Shown here piece after piece: positions 40,624 to 55,035 of a DNA stretch of 64,000 bases. Location of the stretch: assembly GCA_000320545.1 (NCBI GenBank), contig ADNK01001329.1:37846-101845 (forward strand), read 5' to 3'. Position 1 is the stretch's first letter; the number at the start of each line of letters is the position of its first letter. Source of the stretch: Bigelowiella natans CCMP2755. Taxonomy: Eukaryota > Protista > Cercozoa. The position numbers and the translations under genes were made by a program. A model generated the notes under the pieces. The model made no database searches, was not told the DNA's origin, and saw nothing but the letters and a program-made list of their open reading frames with translations.

Positions 40624-43600
40624 TTTGTGGAGAGTAAGGAGACACCCTCTTCTTATTCCTTTGAGGGGATACAGGAGTACTCTTTGGTAGTAACTGCTCG
40701 TCCTCAGTCCTCTTCTTGGACTCGGGGGAGGAAACCCCCCCCCCATTTAAGAAGTTGTTGTTATCCGAAAGAAGAAATTGCTGCCTTCGTGCAGCACTGA
40801 ACCGTATTAAGGGCTTCCGCAAGCGAGTAAGAGTGTAGTTCCACTCATGAAATCTGTCAAATACTGTTTTTCTCAGACGATTGAACTCGAAAGAAGGCTC
40901 TTCGGCGCGCAATGTACAAAGCCTGCTGATTTCCGTCTGAAAGTGTTTGCGGGCGACCTCAATCTCGCACTTGAAGTCTTCCACTGACGCGCTGGTGCTC
41001 GAGATGTGCTTACTGTCCTCTTCGGAGAAGCGGCTTTCCTCTGCAGTGAGGCTGCCGATGTAATTTTGGATCTCGGTGATTCTCTTGAGGAATACCTTGG
41101 ACATTGCGGTTGTGACCATTTTCACTGATGCGAGATCCTGCTCCAGCTCTCTTTGCTGGCGTGAGACATCGTACCGAATAGAGTGCTCAAACTTAATCTT
41201 GAAGGGTCTGATTGTGTCGTACTGAAATTGTGCGATCATGTTTCCTTTCACGAACTGGCGGACGTAGGACGTGTGCAAGGGGTGGGGACAGCTCCCTGCG
41301 CGGCATAAGACCTTATGGTTGTAAAAGGTGAGATCCAAGAACTTCCCGAGACTCAAGTTGTACGCTTCCTCGGAAAGACTCATCACAGGTCCCCGATTGT
41401 CACATTTCCGGCAGAAGGAGCACATTAGAATGGTACGGCTCTGCTGCTGCCCTCCTACGTTACTAGAATGCTGACTTGGGGACCGGGGCGAGGAGTGTGC
41501 TACCTCGGCAGCGGCAGATGTTGCGGCTCTTCGAGCAGCCGCTACAGCAGATGAGAATGCAGCCGCAACTTGGCTCGCAGCAGTGCTAGTAGAATTACTA
41601 CTCTCCGTAGCAGTAGTAGTAGCAGTACCAGAGGCAGTTGTTGCTGCAATGGTCCCTTCTGATGTATAACAACGGTGACAACTTCTGTCAGGGAGGAGGA
41701 GAAGAGATTGATCAACACGGAAAACAAAATGATAGCATAGAATATTGATGCTTGATGATAGGAGAGTCATGCTGACGGCTGCTACCTGGAGTGGTTTGGT
41801 TTTCTGCGTTGACTACTCCTCCATCTTTCCCCTCGCTGCTCATCGCCTTTTGAGAATTCTTCGATCCCTCAATGCCTGAGCAGTCGATTCCAGCTTCAGT
41901 AAATCGGGTCGAAAGTCGTATTTTGGAAGGCGGACCTACTACGTGTTTCACTTCTCACTATTTCTACTATTTCTACCTGAACCATTTCTTTGCCTTTGCA
42001 ATCCTTTGTTCAACTGATTCTCGTACAGATGACGCGCAGTTTGCAGTTCCAGTAACTTAAGAAAAAGAAGAAAAGAAGATGCTTTTTTATGTTGTCATTC
42101 CATCGTCATCATCATCATCATCAATCATCAATCATCATCATCACGTCGTCATCATAAGGTGTGCGTATTTTCATGATCGGGCACATGTATACTGCTGCTC
42201 TACTACCTTCACTGTAAAATGAACTCTGCCAGTCCCATGGGTCAAATACCGGTTGTGATACAACACGTTCCTCCTGCACTTGGAATTTCCGCATCTCTTT
42301 TCAATATCGAAGCAATTCTTCTCTAAGAACCTTCCAAGAGTGATGTCGGACGTGGAGTAGAATAAATGGCCGTGTTCCCTGGGAGCTTCACATTGCCAAT
42401 TATGAGTCAATCGGCAAAACTTGCCATATGAGACGCTCTGAACTATGGGGCCCAAAGACTCATACGCTTGCCTCGCTCTCAGTCTTACGTAGGCTTCTGA
42501 TAGATCGACAGATATGGCGGGGGACATGGATATTAATCGCTCTGCAGGGTCTTTATGCTGATTTATCAAGGTGTGCATTTTATTTAGCTTCCTCGAAATC
42601 TTGGATGCCCTCCTAGAAGCCGGGGAGCTCGATCGCCCCGAGGACTTTGTTTCTGCAGCGGCACTTGCCAGCTTCTTCTCATGTCTCTCGTAGAAACTCA
42701 TCATCTCCTTGAGAAATTCCTCGGGATACATGGCGCACTCATTTTCCAGAAACTTAGTTTCTAGCCTCAGATTATGAGCGACTAGAATGGCCATCCTCAA
42801 CACCCTTTTGACACTGCGGAGAATTTCCTTGGGTGCTCCCCGAAGACATATCGTGCCGTGCCGGTGTGTTCTCGATGACTCGAAATACATCAGAGTGTAT
42901 CTCTTACTCCCCTCCTTGAAATGCTTGACTTCGAAGTCTTTGCAATACCCGAGAAGCTGTTCTCTTTTTAAGAGTGAGTTCTCGACATAATCCGGAGACC
43001 GGAGGATGTGGCCCCCCGTACTGCGCGCCAATCTATCCATAATTGACGGCTTGACGTTCAGTATGAGGGTGATGCCTGCATCTCTCAAAGCATCCTGGGC
43101 GATCCTGGAGACAGTCTTCTGCACCACAAGTACGTCTGGTTTCAGGTTAACAATCTTATCAACGACTATTGCAAGATGCAGTCGTTCTTGGTCGATCAAT
43201 GTCATCAGAGAAGACATCCTATCTCCTCCCCCTTGTGTCACGTGTTCTCCCTTGAACTGTATTGGGCATGAGAGTAGGAGGACTCGTGGCTCCTTTACTC
43301 TGCCCCGCATCTTTTTATGGGCAACGTTTTTGCGGAAAACCACCCCTTCTATGAATCTCGAGTCGGAGATCTGACCTCCTGGGATGGTTTTGATTTTTAC
43401 ATATGAGCGAAGATCCATCTTGTCTCCCCTTCTCACAGTCGTTTCTACTTTGGAGACAGACGTACGCACCAGCTTGGTTATTATCTCAATCCATCGCCTG
43501 TGAACGCCTTCCTCCTCAACAAGTTTTGAGATGATGTAACGCAAGTGCGCGTCTGAAAGAAGTCTCAGCTTCCTGTCTTCGTGAAGGCCATCGCTATTAG

Positions 43601-44929
43601 AAAGCTGGCCGGGGAGCGTGGGGGTGTGGAGCAATGGCGGCTGTTTCTCCTTTATATTCAACCAGTAACTCCCAAGTATTACGTTATCGGTTTCAATTGT
43701 TTCCCTAAGATCCTCTTCCCCATCGCCCTGTTGATTCTTCGTGGATTTCGAATCGTTTGATTTGTTCACAGGGCTCTGTCGATTCCGTGTTTTCTGCTCC
43801 CCATCTTCCTTGATTGCTAGTTTGTTGCTGCCGCTGGAAGAGCCACTATGCGGAAGCCTCGTATTCGCGTTTTCATCGCCTAAATTCTGTGGAACTACTG
43901 TATGCCCACCAGGAGGGGGCAGACTGAAAGGGTTGTGATATTCCTCTCCAGCAGCAAGATTCTGTGGATTACTTTGGTCCTAACGAATGGAGGAAAGACA
44001 AGAATTGAATGCAGTGAACAATCTGTAGTAGAAAGGGAAGAGTAAAAATATTGTTGAATCAGTCCCCTCGAAGAGCAAGTGTTCTAGTTTTATCTTTTAA
44101 GGGAACAACGGCTTGGCGACAAGCGAGTCGGTAAAATGCAACGGCGCGCGTGAGCACTAAATATAAACGTGGACTGAAGAAGTGATGACGGTGACGCAGA
44201 CACTTGGGGTGATATCAGTAGACATCGACCAATGACGATAAAAAGTGCGTGGCGTGTGTGCATACAGAACCGCTTCATGCCATTTTGCGCAAAGAAAGTT
44301 TCTATCGCCAAAAAGTAATGTCATACATTGAACCGCCACAGCTGTTGGTCAAAACAATAGTTGCAAACACGGACAGTCCCCTGATGTAATAGATTCATCA
44401 GCCAATACAAATAATTTATTTATATTGAAGGATATTGAACCTGTATGTTGTACAGAGCTCCATTCACCATATGCGAAGAACATCCATTGCAGAAGACCTT
44501 TAAGAGAGGAGTAAATCAACGACTATAAAGGTTTATATTCCATAACAGAGAGTACCTGTCCACATATACGGCAATGGTGTCTTCTGCGGAACAGCGTGAA
44601 TGGCGCTTCGCAGTCGTAGCATACTTTACAGGTGCGGTCAGGCATCCAATGCTTCTTAGAAAGCATCGGAAGTTGTTTATCTTGTTCTCCTTTCTGCACA
44701 TTTTTTGCATCTGCAGCAATTTTTTCTGCAAGTTCCTTTGTCTTGGTCTCCTTACCCTACAGGATCACAAGCTTTCGTTAGGGAATGGTGAAGGATTTTC
44801 GGGTGCTCGACTGGCTGCAACCTTTAAACGGGCGAGCAAGTTTTCCGAATGAGATGAGAATTTTGTCGTGAGGGTATCGAATTCCGTCAAAATCGTGGCA
44901 TCTTTATCTATGCTGAAAGAGGATGTCAT
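38116..44929 (-). CDS. FAB1: 1-phosphatidylinositol-3-phosphate 5-kinase FAB1/PIKfyve
   Basis: N-terminal FYVE (HWMPDRTCKVCYDC...RRRHHCRICGQ), CCT/TCP-1-like domain (YVKIKTIPGG...GVVFRKNVAHKKM), conserved Cys-rich region, and C-terminal PIPK domain (GGKSGS...FDLKGS...DYSVLVG...GIIDYVRQYTW...PTVISPENYKVRF). Confidence 0.97.
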
Positions 44930-45799
44930 TTGACCTCGCCCCTTGATTCCTTTTAGAAAATGCAGCATTACATCTCATACGATCATTCAAAGCGACGTCT
45001 ACCTGAAGGCAGATGATTAATCAATGCCTCAAGAGCTATGCGCAGGAACGATAAATCCTGAAATGGAAAATGTCGACGTGTCACATCGTCGCCGACCCTT
45101 GATTGTCATTCATCGTCTACCTGTGCTCGCCCTAACGCCCTCCTTCCCTTCCCTTCGCTTCAGATCTCCTGATTCCTCAGATTCTGCTGAAGGGTGGACG
45201 TCTTGTCGCTTACCTACAAACGTCCTGTGTTTTGACACTCAACCAATGTGTGTCAACAATTTGCCAAGCAGCAGTGTTACCATTGTTTCATACCAGGCGG
45301 AAAAACTAAAAACTGAATTTGAGTTAAAAAAAGGAGCGATGAACATGCGCAGTACATTATACAATAACTCGCAATGCAACACATCGGAAATTATTATCAT
45401 CTCCCACAGATTATTATTTTTTTCACCTTTTTTGTTCCCTTCAGAGCAGCAGCAGGCAGAGGTAAGCAACTTAGCTTTTTAATTCCCCGGGTGGTAGTTC
45501 AAGGCCGAATTATTATTATTAATTCTTTTTCCTGGGAGAATTGTTGTAAATTGGCTAATTTGTACCCGTGTGTTTCCGTCCAGCAAACTGGTGGCTGAGG
45601 CAAGACACCCCCCTGGAAGCACCTCTGCACGTCTCGATCACTGAAACTTGATTGCGATCAACTGCAGAGAACCTCGGTCGGTGTTCATTTTATCATCTGC
45701 GTGTAGAACAGCTGGAGTGTTGTGTCGCAATGCCACAATGTAGTTGTACGAACGTTCGGTGATGAGAAAGATGTGTATGGCAGGCTCGTTACCGAGACC

Positions 45800-48329
45800 A
45801 TGGATACCGCCTCATGCCGCAGGGGCCACCCTATTTTGGCTAATGCGAAGGCCTCTGTGCCCTTTCTCATCATATTGGCGGCCACTATCGTCATCATGAT
45901 GAACGAAAAAATACAGCTGAGCATGAGTCTCGTTCCATCTCGTACATCATCTACCCGAGGAAACAGGGGCGTCAGGTGATAAGTACGCTAGCGTTCACAT
46001 GTGTTTTTAGAAAAACAGCGCACGTATTTTTGCACACTCACACATGAGATAAACAACTGCATCCCTTAGGTCGGTAGATAATATGAGAAAGGAATTAGTA
46101 CTGACGCCATCTCTCGGGAGACCAGATAATTTTGCAAGACATGTCAGTGTTCGCTCGCTCTTCGATGGAGTTCGACCATCCGAGAGGTTTTCAAATGATT
46201 GAATAGCACTATTTCAGTGGAATTGATCTGTATTATCTTCTTTTCAGATTCTCAGGAGGCTCGTGTTCTCATGATAGGACTTTGCCGTACACAGCTTCCT
46301 CCAGAAAAGCCCGTGAAAGAGGGAAATGGATCGCGAAGGCTGGTCGCGACTTCTACAATGTATGTTACGATCAGTTACAACTCTGTGCGTTCAATATTTG
46401 ACTAAAGGTTTCCTCTTTCCCGTCAAACATCCTACCCCATTTTTGCATGAGTTCAGATCCTCGGGGTTGATCGTGGTGCCGACTTGAGAACAATTAAAAA
46501 TGCTTATAGAAAATTAACGAAAAAGTATCATCCGGATGTGAATAAGGCTCCTGATGCAGATGAGAAATACAAGGAAATTAATGCAGCGGTATCCTTAAAG
46601 TTATTGATAAGAAGAGCAACCGTGTGAAACATGAATAATTTTTTTAGTATGACGTCCTGAAAGACGACGAGAAAAGACAGATATACGATCGCTTTGGTGA
46701 AGAAGGATTGCAGATGGGAGGACCTGGGGGACCAGGAGGCATGGATGGTATACAATGCTCATTTTTTGTTCATAGATTGGCACTTTCAATCTCGGGGTCA
46801 CGTTATAGAAAGTGGGCAGGGTTTTACTTTGTCCATGTCCAGCTGATACAATGTCACATCATCAGGGTTCGGTGGAAGTCCATTTGGAGATATATTTGAA
46901 AGTTTCTTCACAGGCGGTAATATCTTTTCTCCAACTGCGACTATGCACAATATGTTTACACGCGGAACTAACGGAAGCCATTCAACAGGGAGCCCCGGTG
47001 GGTTTGGAGGAGGTGCTGTGAATCTGGAGGACCTCTTTGGCGGGGGAATGGGTGGGGGAGGGACCACTTCGGAAAGAAGAACCACAAGAGGAGAGAACAA
47101 GATGGCCACACTCAACGTGGATTTTATGGATGCGGTAACTGTGCTGACATGCAAAAATCTCATGCGTAATCGATTTTTCGCAAAGTGATAATTCTGAGAC
47201 ATGGTGCCACTCACTCATCCATCTTCACTAACCATGATCATTTTAGGTATTTGGCACAAACAAGGAATTCGAGGTTTCGCGATATGAGACTTGCGGTACG
47301 TGTGATGGATCCGGAGCAAAACCAGGAACAACACCCAGAACATGTACGACATGTGGAGGTAAAGGTCAAGTTATTTCGATCATGCGTACCCCCTTGGGGC
47401 AGCTTCAGCAAGTACAGACATGCCCGGATTGTGAGGGAACAGGCCAAACTTTCGAGAAATGTGAAACGTGTTTCGGTGAGGGACGAACAAGGTAATTTTC
47501 GTTCAGCGAAGTATGCGTTTTTATCAGCGCTTGGCACGGCACATGACCGAAAAACTGATTGCTGATTTCAAACAATGATAGGGGTAGTCGCAAAATTTCC
47601 TTGAGAATTCCCCCAGGAATTGATAGCGGACAAAGGCTAAGAGTGAGAGGTGAAGGAGATGCAGGACTGGTAATGATAGAAGAACTATAGCTTGAAAAGC
47701 TACACACCTCATCAGTTTTTCTTTTGAAAGCGTGGCGGAGCGAAAGGAGATCTGTTCGTGCAAATTAGCGTGAAACCGCACCCAGAATTTAGGTAACATA
47801 TATCATTTCATCCAGATATGATAATTGTAATAACATAAAGCATTTTCTTGAAAGGCGTGAAGGAAATACGATACACTCCGATGCAAAAATATCGTACATC
47901 GATGCAATCCTGGGAAAACAGGTGCGAAGTTTGTGTGATGATATTGATGAGTTTCAAGCATGAATTTTTGTTTTAGATTAAGGTGAAGACTGTGGATGGA
48001 TTGGTGGACATGAAAGTTCCGAAGGGGACGCAACCTGAAACCACCCTAGTCATGAGGAATAGAGGCATCCCAACCTTGGGAAATAGGTGTGAGCTTCAAA
48101 TTCGTTTATTGTGAATTCGGGTAATTAAGTAATCCATTTTTTACAGCGATCAGCGCGGAGACCATCATGTTCATGTGAAGGTTATAATCCCAAAAGAGAT
48201 TTCGGAAGAAGAGCAAAAGTTGATCGAGGAAGTTCGAAAGTTGAAGGTACGAGACCGTGAACTTCGAAGATTTCGTCTGTGCTTCACCCTTTTTGATTAT
48301 TTTGTCTATTTCAGGAAGAGAAAGCCTAG
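45800..48329 (+). CDS. dnaJ: Type I (class A) DnaJ chaperone with a bipartite plastid-targeting-like leader
   Basis: Leader MDTASCRR...[15 protein letters not shown]...[14 protein letters not shown] domain [38 protein letters not shown]-rich region. Four CxxCxGxG repeats ([32 protein letters not shown]). C-terminal domain [17 protein letters not shown]...GTQPET...[13 protein letters not shown]. Confidence 0.95.
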
Positions 48330-48780
48330 GCTCATCTAGTCATTGTGACATTTGGCCACATGTTCATGGCTGCACATCGTATCATGTCGATGCAGGCTAG
48401 CTAGCTAGCTAGCAGGCTTATTTTTTATCGTTCCGTATGAAATGTAGTACAAATGCTAGAATGTCAAGAAACATTTATGTAATCGCTCAAGCTAGCGTAG
48501 CAAGCATCACAACAGTTTATTTCAACCGGGGAAAAAGTGCCAAAATTGTTGTAGCGTGGCCATAGATTTTGCAGTTTTGTTTGCCTACAGCAGCCCGTAG
48601 CGACAACGCTCGCACAATGCAACAGTTAGCAGTGTGTATTGAAGCATGATTCGATTCGCAGCTTGCTAGCTTGTGCGTATGTCGCATTTTGGAATCATGA
48701 TGCTATGCATATACGCCGGCTACATAATTCTGTCTATGCGAGACCTGCACGCGTGTGATAGATACTAATAACGTATGTCA
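48330..48780. other. Convergent spacer (dnaJ/hypothetical) with (CTAG)4
   Basis: (CTAG)4 at 48397-48412, 67 bp after the dnaJ stop codon. Confidence 0.65.
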
Positions 48781-48854
48781 ATGTGCAACCACCTAAAATT
48801 GATCTGATAGTAACTCCATAGCTTGATAGAGTAAAACAAATTTCAATCACATCA

Positions 48855-49964
48855 TTACAAAGCGCATCTGCTTCCAATAGTCTCGGGGATTAATCGAAAA
48901 GACACACGCTTGAGGAATGACGGAAAATCGGCAACAGCCTTATTGTATTGAGCATGCTTCTTGGGAATACATATCTCTAGGATTCCTGGCGTTTTGACTC
49001 CCTTCGATAGCCCTGTTGAACGTGCACAACAAAATTATTTCATGTGCATTAAAAAACTACAAGACACTTACATTCGATCTTCCTGACCAAACGATGCATC
49101 CAGAGAACTCGGAAACTGGGCAGAAGTCTGTAGTATTTATTGTGTGCATCGTTATTCTCCGAATCCATGATTCGAGTGAAAGAATGAGTACCACTCCATC
49201 ACTCTCTTCGAGGGGATTTTGAAGAGCCTCTAATTTCTTCATTGCAGCTGCTACCCTATCCAGCGTGGCATCCTTTTTCTTTTTTTGCTGTCTTCGTGAC
49301 ACCTTGAGCTCTGCCCGATTATTATCATGAAAGGGGTTCTGCAATGACTCCAGTTTTTTCATTTGTGCCCAAAGTGCAGGCGGGACCTGGAAAATTTAGA
49401 GCAATGCTTCAATTCACTGAATAAATTAATCCAAGCTGTAAACATTCACCTTATTTGCAAATTTATCAATATTCATATCATTCTCCTCTTTGACACTATG
49501 GGAACTCCTGTCCATATCTCCCTCCATATCCTGGAATCCTTTACTTTCTCTGCGACTACGAAATTCAGGCCGGCTAGGAAGTTGGCTAAGTTGTGTTGGT
49601 ATTGGGCTCTGCTGTTGCTTATGAGATCCAGCAGACAACCAAGACCAGGACCTGTACATTTAGCATCATGTGAAATTTTACCAATTCTCGACTTTAAGAA
49701 CGTGATTCACAAACCGATCTCCAAACGCGACTTCCAAAGGGGTAGCTGTGCTACTAGCATCGTCATCGTCTTTGACGATCCCTGATATATTCGATGTATC
49801 CTTTACAAGATCCAATTTTTTCTCGAATGCAAATTTAGGTGGAGCTTCCAAATAATCAAGATCCTGGAGGATTAGATGAGCGTGATAAGTATACTGTCAA
49901 GAAGCGGGAAAAAGAAACCGACCACTTTTTGCAGGCTCGAAAGCCCTGAGGCATCGTCATCCAT
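48855..49964 (-). CDS. Hypothetical protein with an internal MKKLE(S/A)LQNP repeat
   Basis: Spliceable exons from MDDDASGLSSLQK through the ORFs at 49426-49659 and 49057-49362 to ...IPETIGSRCAL*. No family recognised. Confidence 0.5.
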
Positions 49965-50571
49965 AGCTCCCCTCACTCACAGCAACAACAAAGTATCTGT
50001 TCGCATTGGGTTTCCATGAATGACTTTCTCTTCTTTTCTTGGTGCGAAAGTGCTTCAAAAACGCGACTTCGCAGATTCTTCTAAATATTTCAGCAGAAAA
50101 TGTATGTCGTAATTACAATTCCTTATGTAATTAGCTTGCTACTTTTTTATTGAGGCTGTTCCCTGCTCTTCTTTTCTTTGAGGAAACGCTGAGAAACATA
50201 AGGTGATTTTGCTGAAGTTCCGACTACCGAAAGGTCAAGTCGCCTTTCAGTCTTTCAGAAGACCACCCTCAGAACGCCACCTGTTTCGACCTCGTCTTAC
50301 CTATAACAGGAATGTCTTCATCAAAAAATTCATGGTCCACATGTTGGCTCGGGCTTTTCCTCCCATGCGACATGCCTGAGTTGCCCCTGTGTGGATTCTC
50401 TACGGAGATATCAACTAAATTTCAATCGATCGACGTCGACGTCCTCCAAACATTCGACGTTCATGAAAAGATCCCAGGCAAGACTCTCTGGCGACAGATG
50501 TGTATTCTTGTCGTCCTCTCATATCCCTATGTGTTAGCTATTGACGACCGCTTCACAAAGCCACCACAAAG

Positions 50572-53500
50572 ATGGCTGCTCCAAGAAGGGGCGTTGTGGT
50601 GACTCTTCTTGCAACTGGGCTTATATTGGCTGCTGGGAGGTCTCCGACAAGAGGTGGCCAGCAAAATTTCTCAGTTTTTTCCAACTCCATGCTGCGTAAA
50701 ATTGACTTCCATCCTAAGGCAATAAATACACACATACAGCGGCTAACCCAGGGATTTCGAGTAGATTGTTTCGAGCACCCCTCCGGTATCGCGGAAGGTA
50801 TTTCAGATTTAGTGAAATCTATCCTGAGAACATTTTTTTTAATGTATTTCATAGAGCCTTAAATGTTAGACTGGGTTCGTTAAAGAGAATTTCTACGAAG
50901 ACCGTCTTCTGGGATGTGAGTTATAGCTTCTGAATTCAAGGATTCCATAAACCTCACTTCACAGAGATTTATTCTATCCAGGGTATTCCAGATAAAAAAT
51001 CGCATAAAATTGGGACAACTGCAGGGTCAATTTGCCACCATCACAACCGTCACCATCATTGTCATCATCAGCCTCCCCTCATTTCGTAATCATGAAATGT
51101 GATGCTGATTTGCAGGAGGAATCCAATTCATATCGAACATGTGGAGCCCAACTCCCCCAATGCTAATAAAACTAAGGTGCAATACATAGCAAAATAATAA
51201 CATTGGGATAGGGGAGCCGCGTTTGGAAATATATATAGATGATTGGTCTAAAATTATGGCTATTTTCTCCTCTCAGCTATTTGGGTCAGAAGATGAGCTA
51301 AAAGCCCTCTTGAAGCCTATAACTCCAATAAACGATGTTCCTGACTCACAGCTAGGTAATACCATATGATTATTGACTAGTGGTACGTAATCCTCGTACG
51401 TCTGGATAACAAACTGATGGCGTTTATAACTATTCCTCCTAAATTAGGGAGTGTTGCATTGGTTGGTGCTGGACCCGGCGACCCTAATCTTCTAACGGTA
51501 TCGCAAGACTAATTCTTGGAAACGTAAAAAAAAGTGGCAATCGCATTGAAGAATACTAATGCTGTCATCAAGTCACTGATGGAAATGAGGAGTATGTCTC
51601 TACTTATTACGGTCACAACCATTTCTTTTTTTGCCCGTTCTGCAATACTCAGCTTGCGGCCCTGAACCTCCTTGAGACGGCAGATGTCGTTATCTGTGAT
51701 CGCCTTGTGAGCAATGAGATCCGAAAGTTGGTCAAGGTAGCTTATGATAACTTACCATTCGATCGACATGAGAAAATATAATAGAAATTAGAGCATCCGA
51801 TGATGGGGCTGGTGGTCGATATGAATATATGATGATATATTTTAGTTATTATGAGTAAAGTGTATGTGTTAGTAGTAGGGGAGGGCCGATGTGACTTGTA
51901 GCGCAAGGCCGAAGTTGTGTTGATTTGTGTTTGGTGTTGCGGTCGGTCGTGGTGCTCTATGTTGGCGTTATTTTTTTTAAAAAAAGGGTGAATTGAAGGT
52001 AGCTCAGAAATATCCTGGGTGCGCGGATTATGCACAGATGGAGATCTATAGGTGAAAGTACATATCATGTATCATGGTTGTCGTGCCTGCGTAAGCTTTT
52101 GTAAGCAAAAGCTTCAACCAAACTTTTATTTTTATCAAAGATATATACGTATATTGCCGTTGGTTGCGGGTGTCCACGCTGTTGCAGGTGGATAGCGCAA
52201 GGGCTTCGAGATGGCCAGCGCGTAGTGCGATTGAAGATCGGTATGGAAAGAACATGCTCTTGCTATACACCCTTGGTTACAACTTGGCACTCGGCAGGCA
52301 GTACAACGCATGGAGGATGAGATTGCAATTGGTGTGTATTATGTGTGCAGGTGACCCTTTCATCTTTGGCAGAGGCGGGGAAGAGGTTGGCTCTGAGGCC
52401 AGCAGATACCCACCCACCCATCGATACACACTCACATCCGCACCCACACTCATACATACAAACATTTACTGGGAAAACTTAGAAGGAGGTAAGAGGGGGA
52501 TGTCAAATAGCGACAACATGTTAATCCAAAAGGTGGAACGATGAGCAGGCTACTAAGACCTTCCTCAAATACATAAATATACATATATAGCTTGATTTTT
52601 CTTTCCGACCGATCTGCAACCAATCAGGTCTTGGAAATAGAGAGACTCACAAGCGGCCGTATAACTCCAACTGTAGTGCCGGTAGGTAGTAGTGTGTTAC
52701 TGCTAGTAAGAAGGCAAATTCTTGACGCTGGCCTTCCCTTCGAGAGGGGGAAAGCAGAACGGCCATGATGATAGTAACGATGATAACTGTGATGACATTG
52801 ATAACATGGATTGTCCGTTCATCTGAATCTACGATGATGGCGATAGCGGGTCACACTAAGCTGATTATTAGCAAAAAACACGCGACTATCACGGTGTTAA
52901 TAATACTGCTTGTCCTCCATCGATAGGGTGTGTCATCTGTATTTGCCGCCCCGTTGCTTGGAGGAGCTCCACTCACACACAGGGTAGTGGCACTAGCAGC
53001 AATACTACTACTTCAAGTAGTAGTAGTAGTAGTAGTAGTGATGGTGGTGGTAATAAAAGTAGATTTGATAGTAACAAAGCTGTGATTACATCCGTCATAA
53101 TTCTTCTTCTTCTTCCTCCTCCTCCTCCTCCTCCTCTTCCTCTTCCTCCTCTTCCCTGCAATCTTATCGAACTATCCATTGCTTCTTCCTCCTCTTCCTC
53201 TCTTCCCTGCAATCTTATCGAACTATCCATTTCTTCCTAAGGGTTTCGCAAACAACGTGGTCATCGGGACAGGTGCTACTGCTATTACTTACTGCTGCTG
53301 CTGCTGCTGCTGCTGCTTCGTACTGATCATAGTAATATGAACTTGAGACGATATGTGCACTGGCGATAGTGGCATAACAGTATCCATATTGTATGAAATT
53401 CATGCTCTATTGAAGCAGACGATTTTAATCACAAACCCTATCACGAACCACACACAAACTCATAGAATATATTATATGATATATTAAATATTGTCATATG

Positions 53501-55035
53501 CGTGTGTGCGTGTGCACACGTGCAATTAAGGCTACGTATCACAAGCCCCCCTCCCCCCCCCCTCCCCCCCTCCTCTCTTTCTCTCCTCTCCTCTCTCAAC
53601 TTCTCCTCTGTCCATAGGATATGGGAAGAACAAGTCGACGCCAAGTACGATGACATGCGCTCCGATCACTTCTATTGAGAAAATATTGAAAGAATATCAT
53701 AGACGAACAGCGCCATTTGTCTCTTTTTTATTTCACCTTGCCTCATATGATTGCCGACCTTTAGCGCGTTTCTTTGCTGCATCGACAAATGCATATCATC
53801 ATATGTGTCAACCTTCCTCCTCTATCCTAACACTAAAGTCTGCTGATCGTTGATTCTAGTACGACTCTGTGTGTTGCGTCCCACAGGCATAGTGCCGTAT
53901 CAAGAACAGACAACAAACGTATATCTCATGGCAATTGGCCGTATCCGACAGCTCTCGAAGGCTTTGAAAGAAAATGGGTTGCAATTCTTTCGGCCCCCTT
54001 CCTCCCCTTGATCTCCACCTCATCCTCCTCCTCCTCCTATTATCTCTTCCTTCAACCTTTCCATCTGCCTTGCCTTGCGGATATGATGCGACGTTCTTGT
54101 TCTCGTGGCCATTATCCATGAACTATTATTAACTAGGTATCCCGAGAACCTACCCGTCGTTATCATTGAGAAGGTCCTGTAGTGCATTAGTACATGGGTG
54201 TGAGCTAGACTGACATAACGCTTATAAACATTTTCAAAGGCCTCATGCTCGGATCAACGCGTTATTCTCGCGGACTTGAACGATGTAGTAAAATGATGAT
54301 GATGATGATGATGACGATGATCGTTACGATTACTACCGCAGCAGTAAGGGATGACTTTGTCGCCCATTGCTATCTTGGTGCGTGCGAGGGCCGATGATGG
54401 TGAATGGAGTGGAGTTTGTACAAGGCGTTTACACACTACACATCGTGCACATTATGCTTATATTGTTTTTTCGTGTGTGTCCAATGTGCCGTATTTGGTG
54501 TGTTGCTGTATAGGCTGCCGATTTGGTAGAAATGTATAAGGTGAAGCCACCCGCAACCATAGTCGTCGGTGAATCAGGTAATAAATAAGATGCGATAACA
54601 GATAGAATACACAGGTATAGCAGGCAGTAGCAGTAGCAGCAGCAGCAGATGTGATGGTATTAAATAGCTGAATCGGCAGTCTACAAGCTTCAGATAAGAA
54701 CAACTTTATTTGTCGCTATCGTTTTCAGCCAGAGCACTCTTCCCTTCCGAGACTTACGCGCACGGAGTAAGTCAGCAGGGGGGAGGGAGAGGGGAGGAAG
54801 AGAGGCGAAGTACTGCACATACCACACATCATGTCAATCAAAGAGTGGCCTCTCTTTGTAATACGAGAAGAAAATTTAAGGGAACATTTTCCCTCTTCTT
54901 TGCCCCCCCCCCTGTTTCACGCACGTAACATTTGAACAAACCATTGCGCAGGTAGTCGGTTACGAAGCCATGCCGATAACTTCCCACTACGAATTAGATC
55001 AGACGAGGATGACCAACACGATCGGGCCGCGATAA
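50572..55035 (+). CDS. UPM1: Uroporphyrinogen-III C-methyltransferase (SUMT/CobA/UPM1; siroheme pathway) with signal-peptide leader
   Basis: Exons read GSVALVGAGPGDPNLLT / LAALNLLETADVVICDRLVS / GQRVVRLKI / GDPFIFGRGGEE / VVP / GVSSVFAAPLLGGAPLTHR / NVYLMAIGRI / PVVIIEK / ASCSDQRVI / KPPATIVVGE. The N-terminus MAAPRRGVVVTLLATGLILAAG is hydrophobic. Confidence 0.93.
53130..53231 (+). repeat. About 51-bp tandem duplication at the 3' end of a UPM1 intron
   Basis: CTCTTCCCTGCAATCTTATCGAACTATCCATT occurs twice, each copy preceded by a CT-rich tract, just upstream of the AG acceptor. Confidence 0.85.

Noticed and set aside
25746-43374. Long antisense ORFs within COPB2, the FYVE-J gene and FAB1
   Set aside because: Shadow ORFs of long coding exons with no independent motifs.
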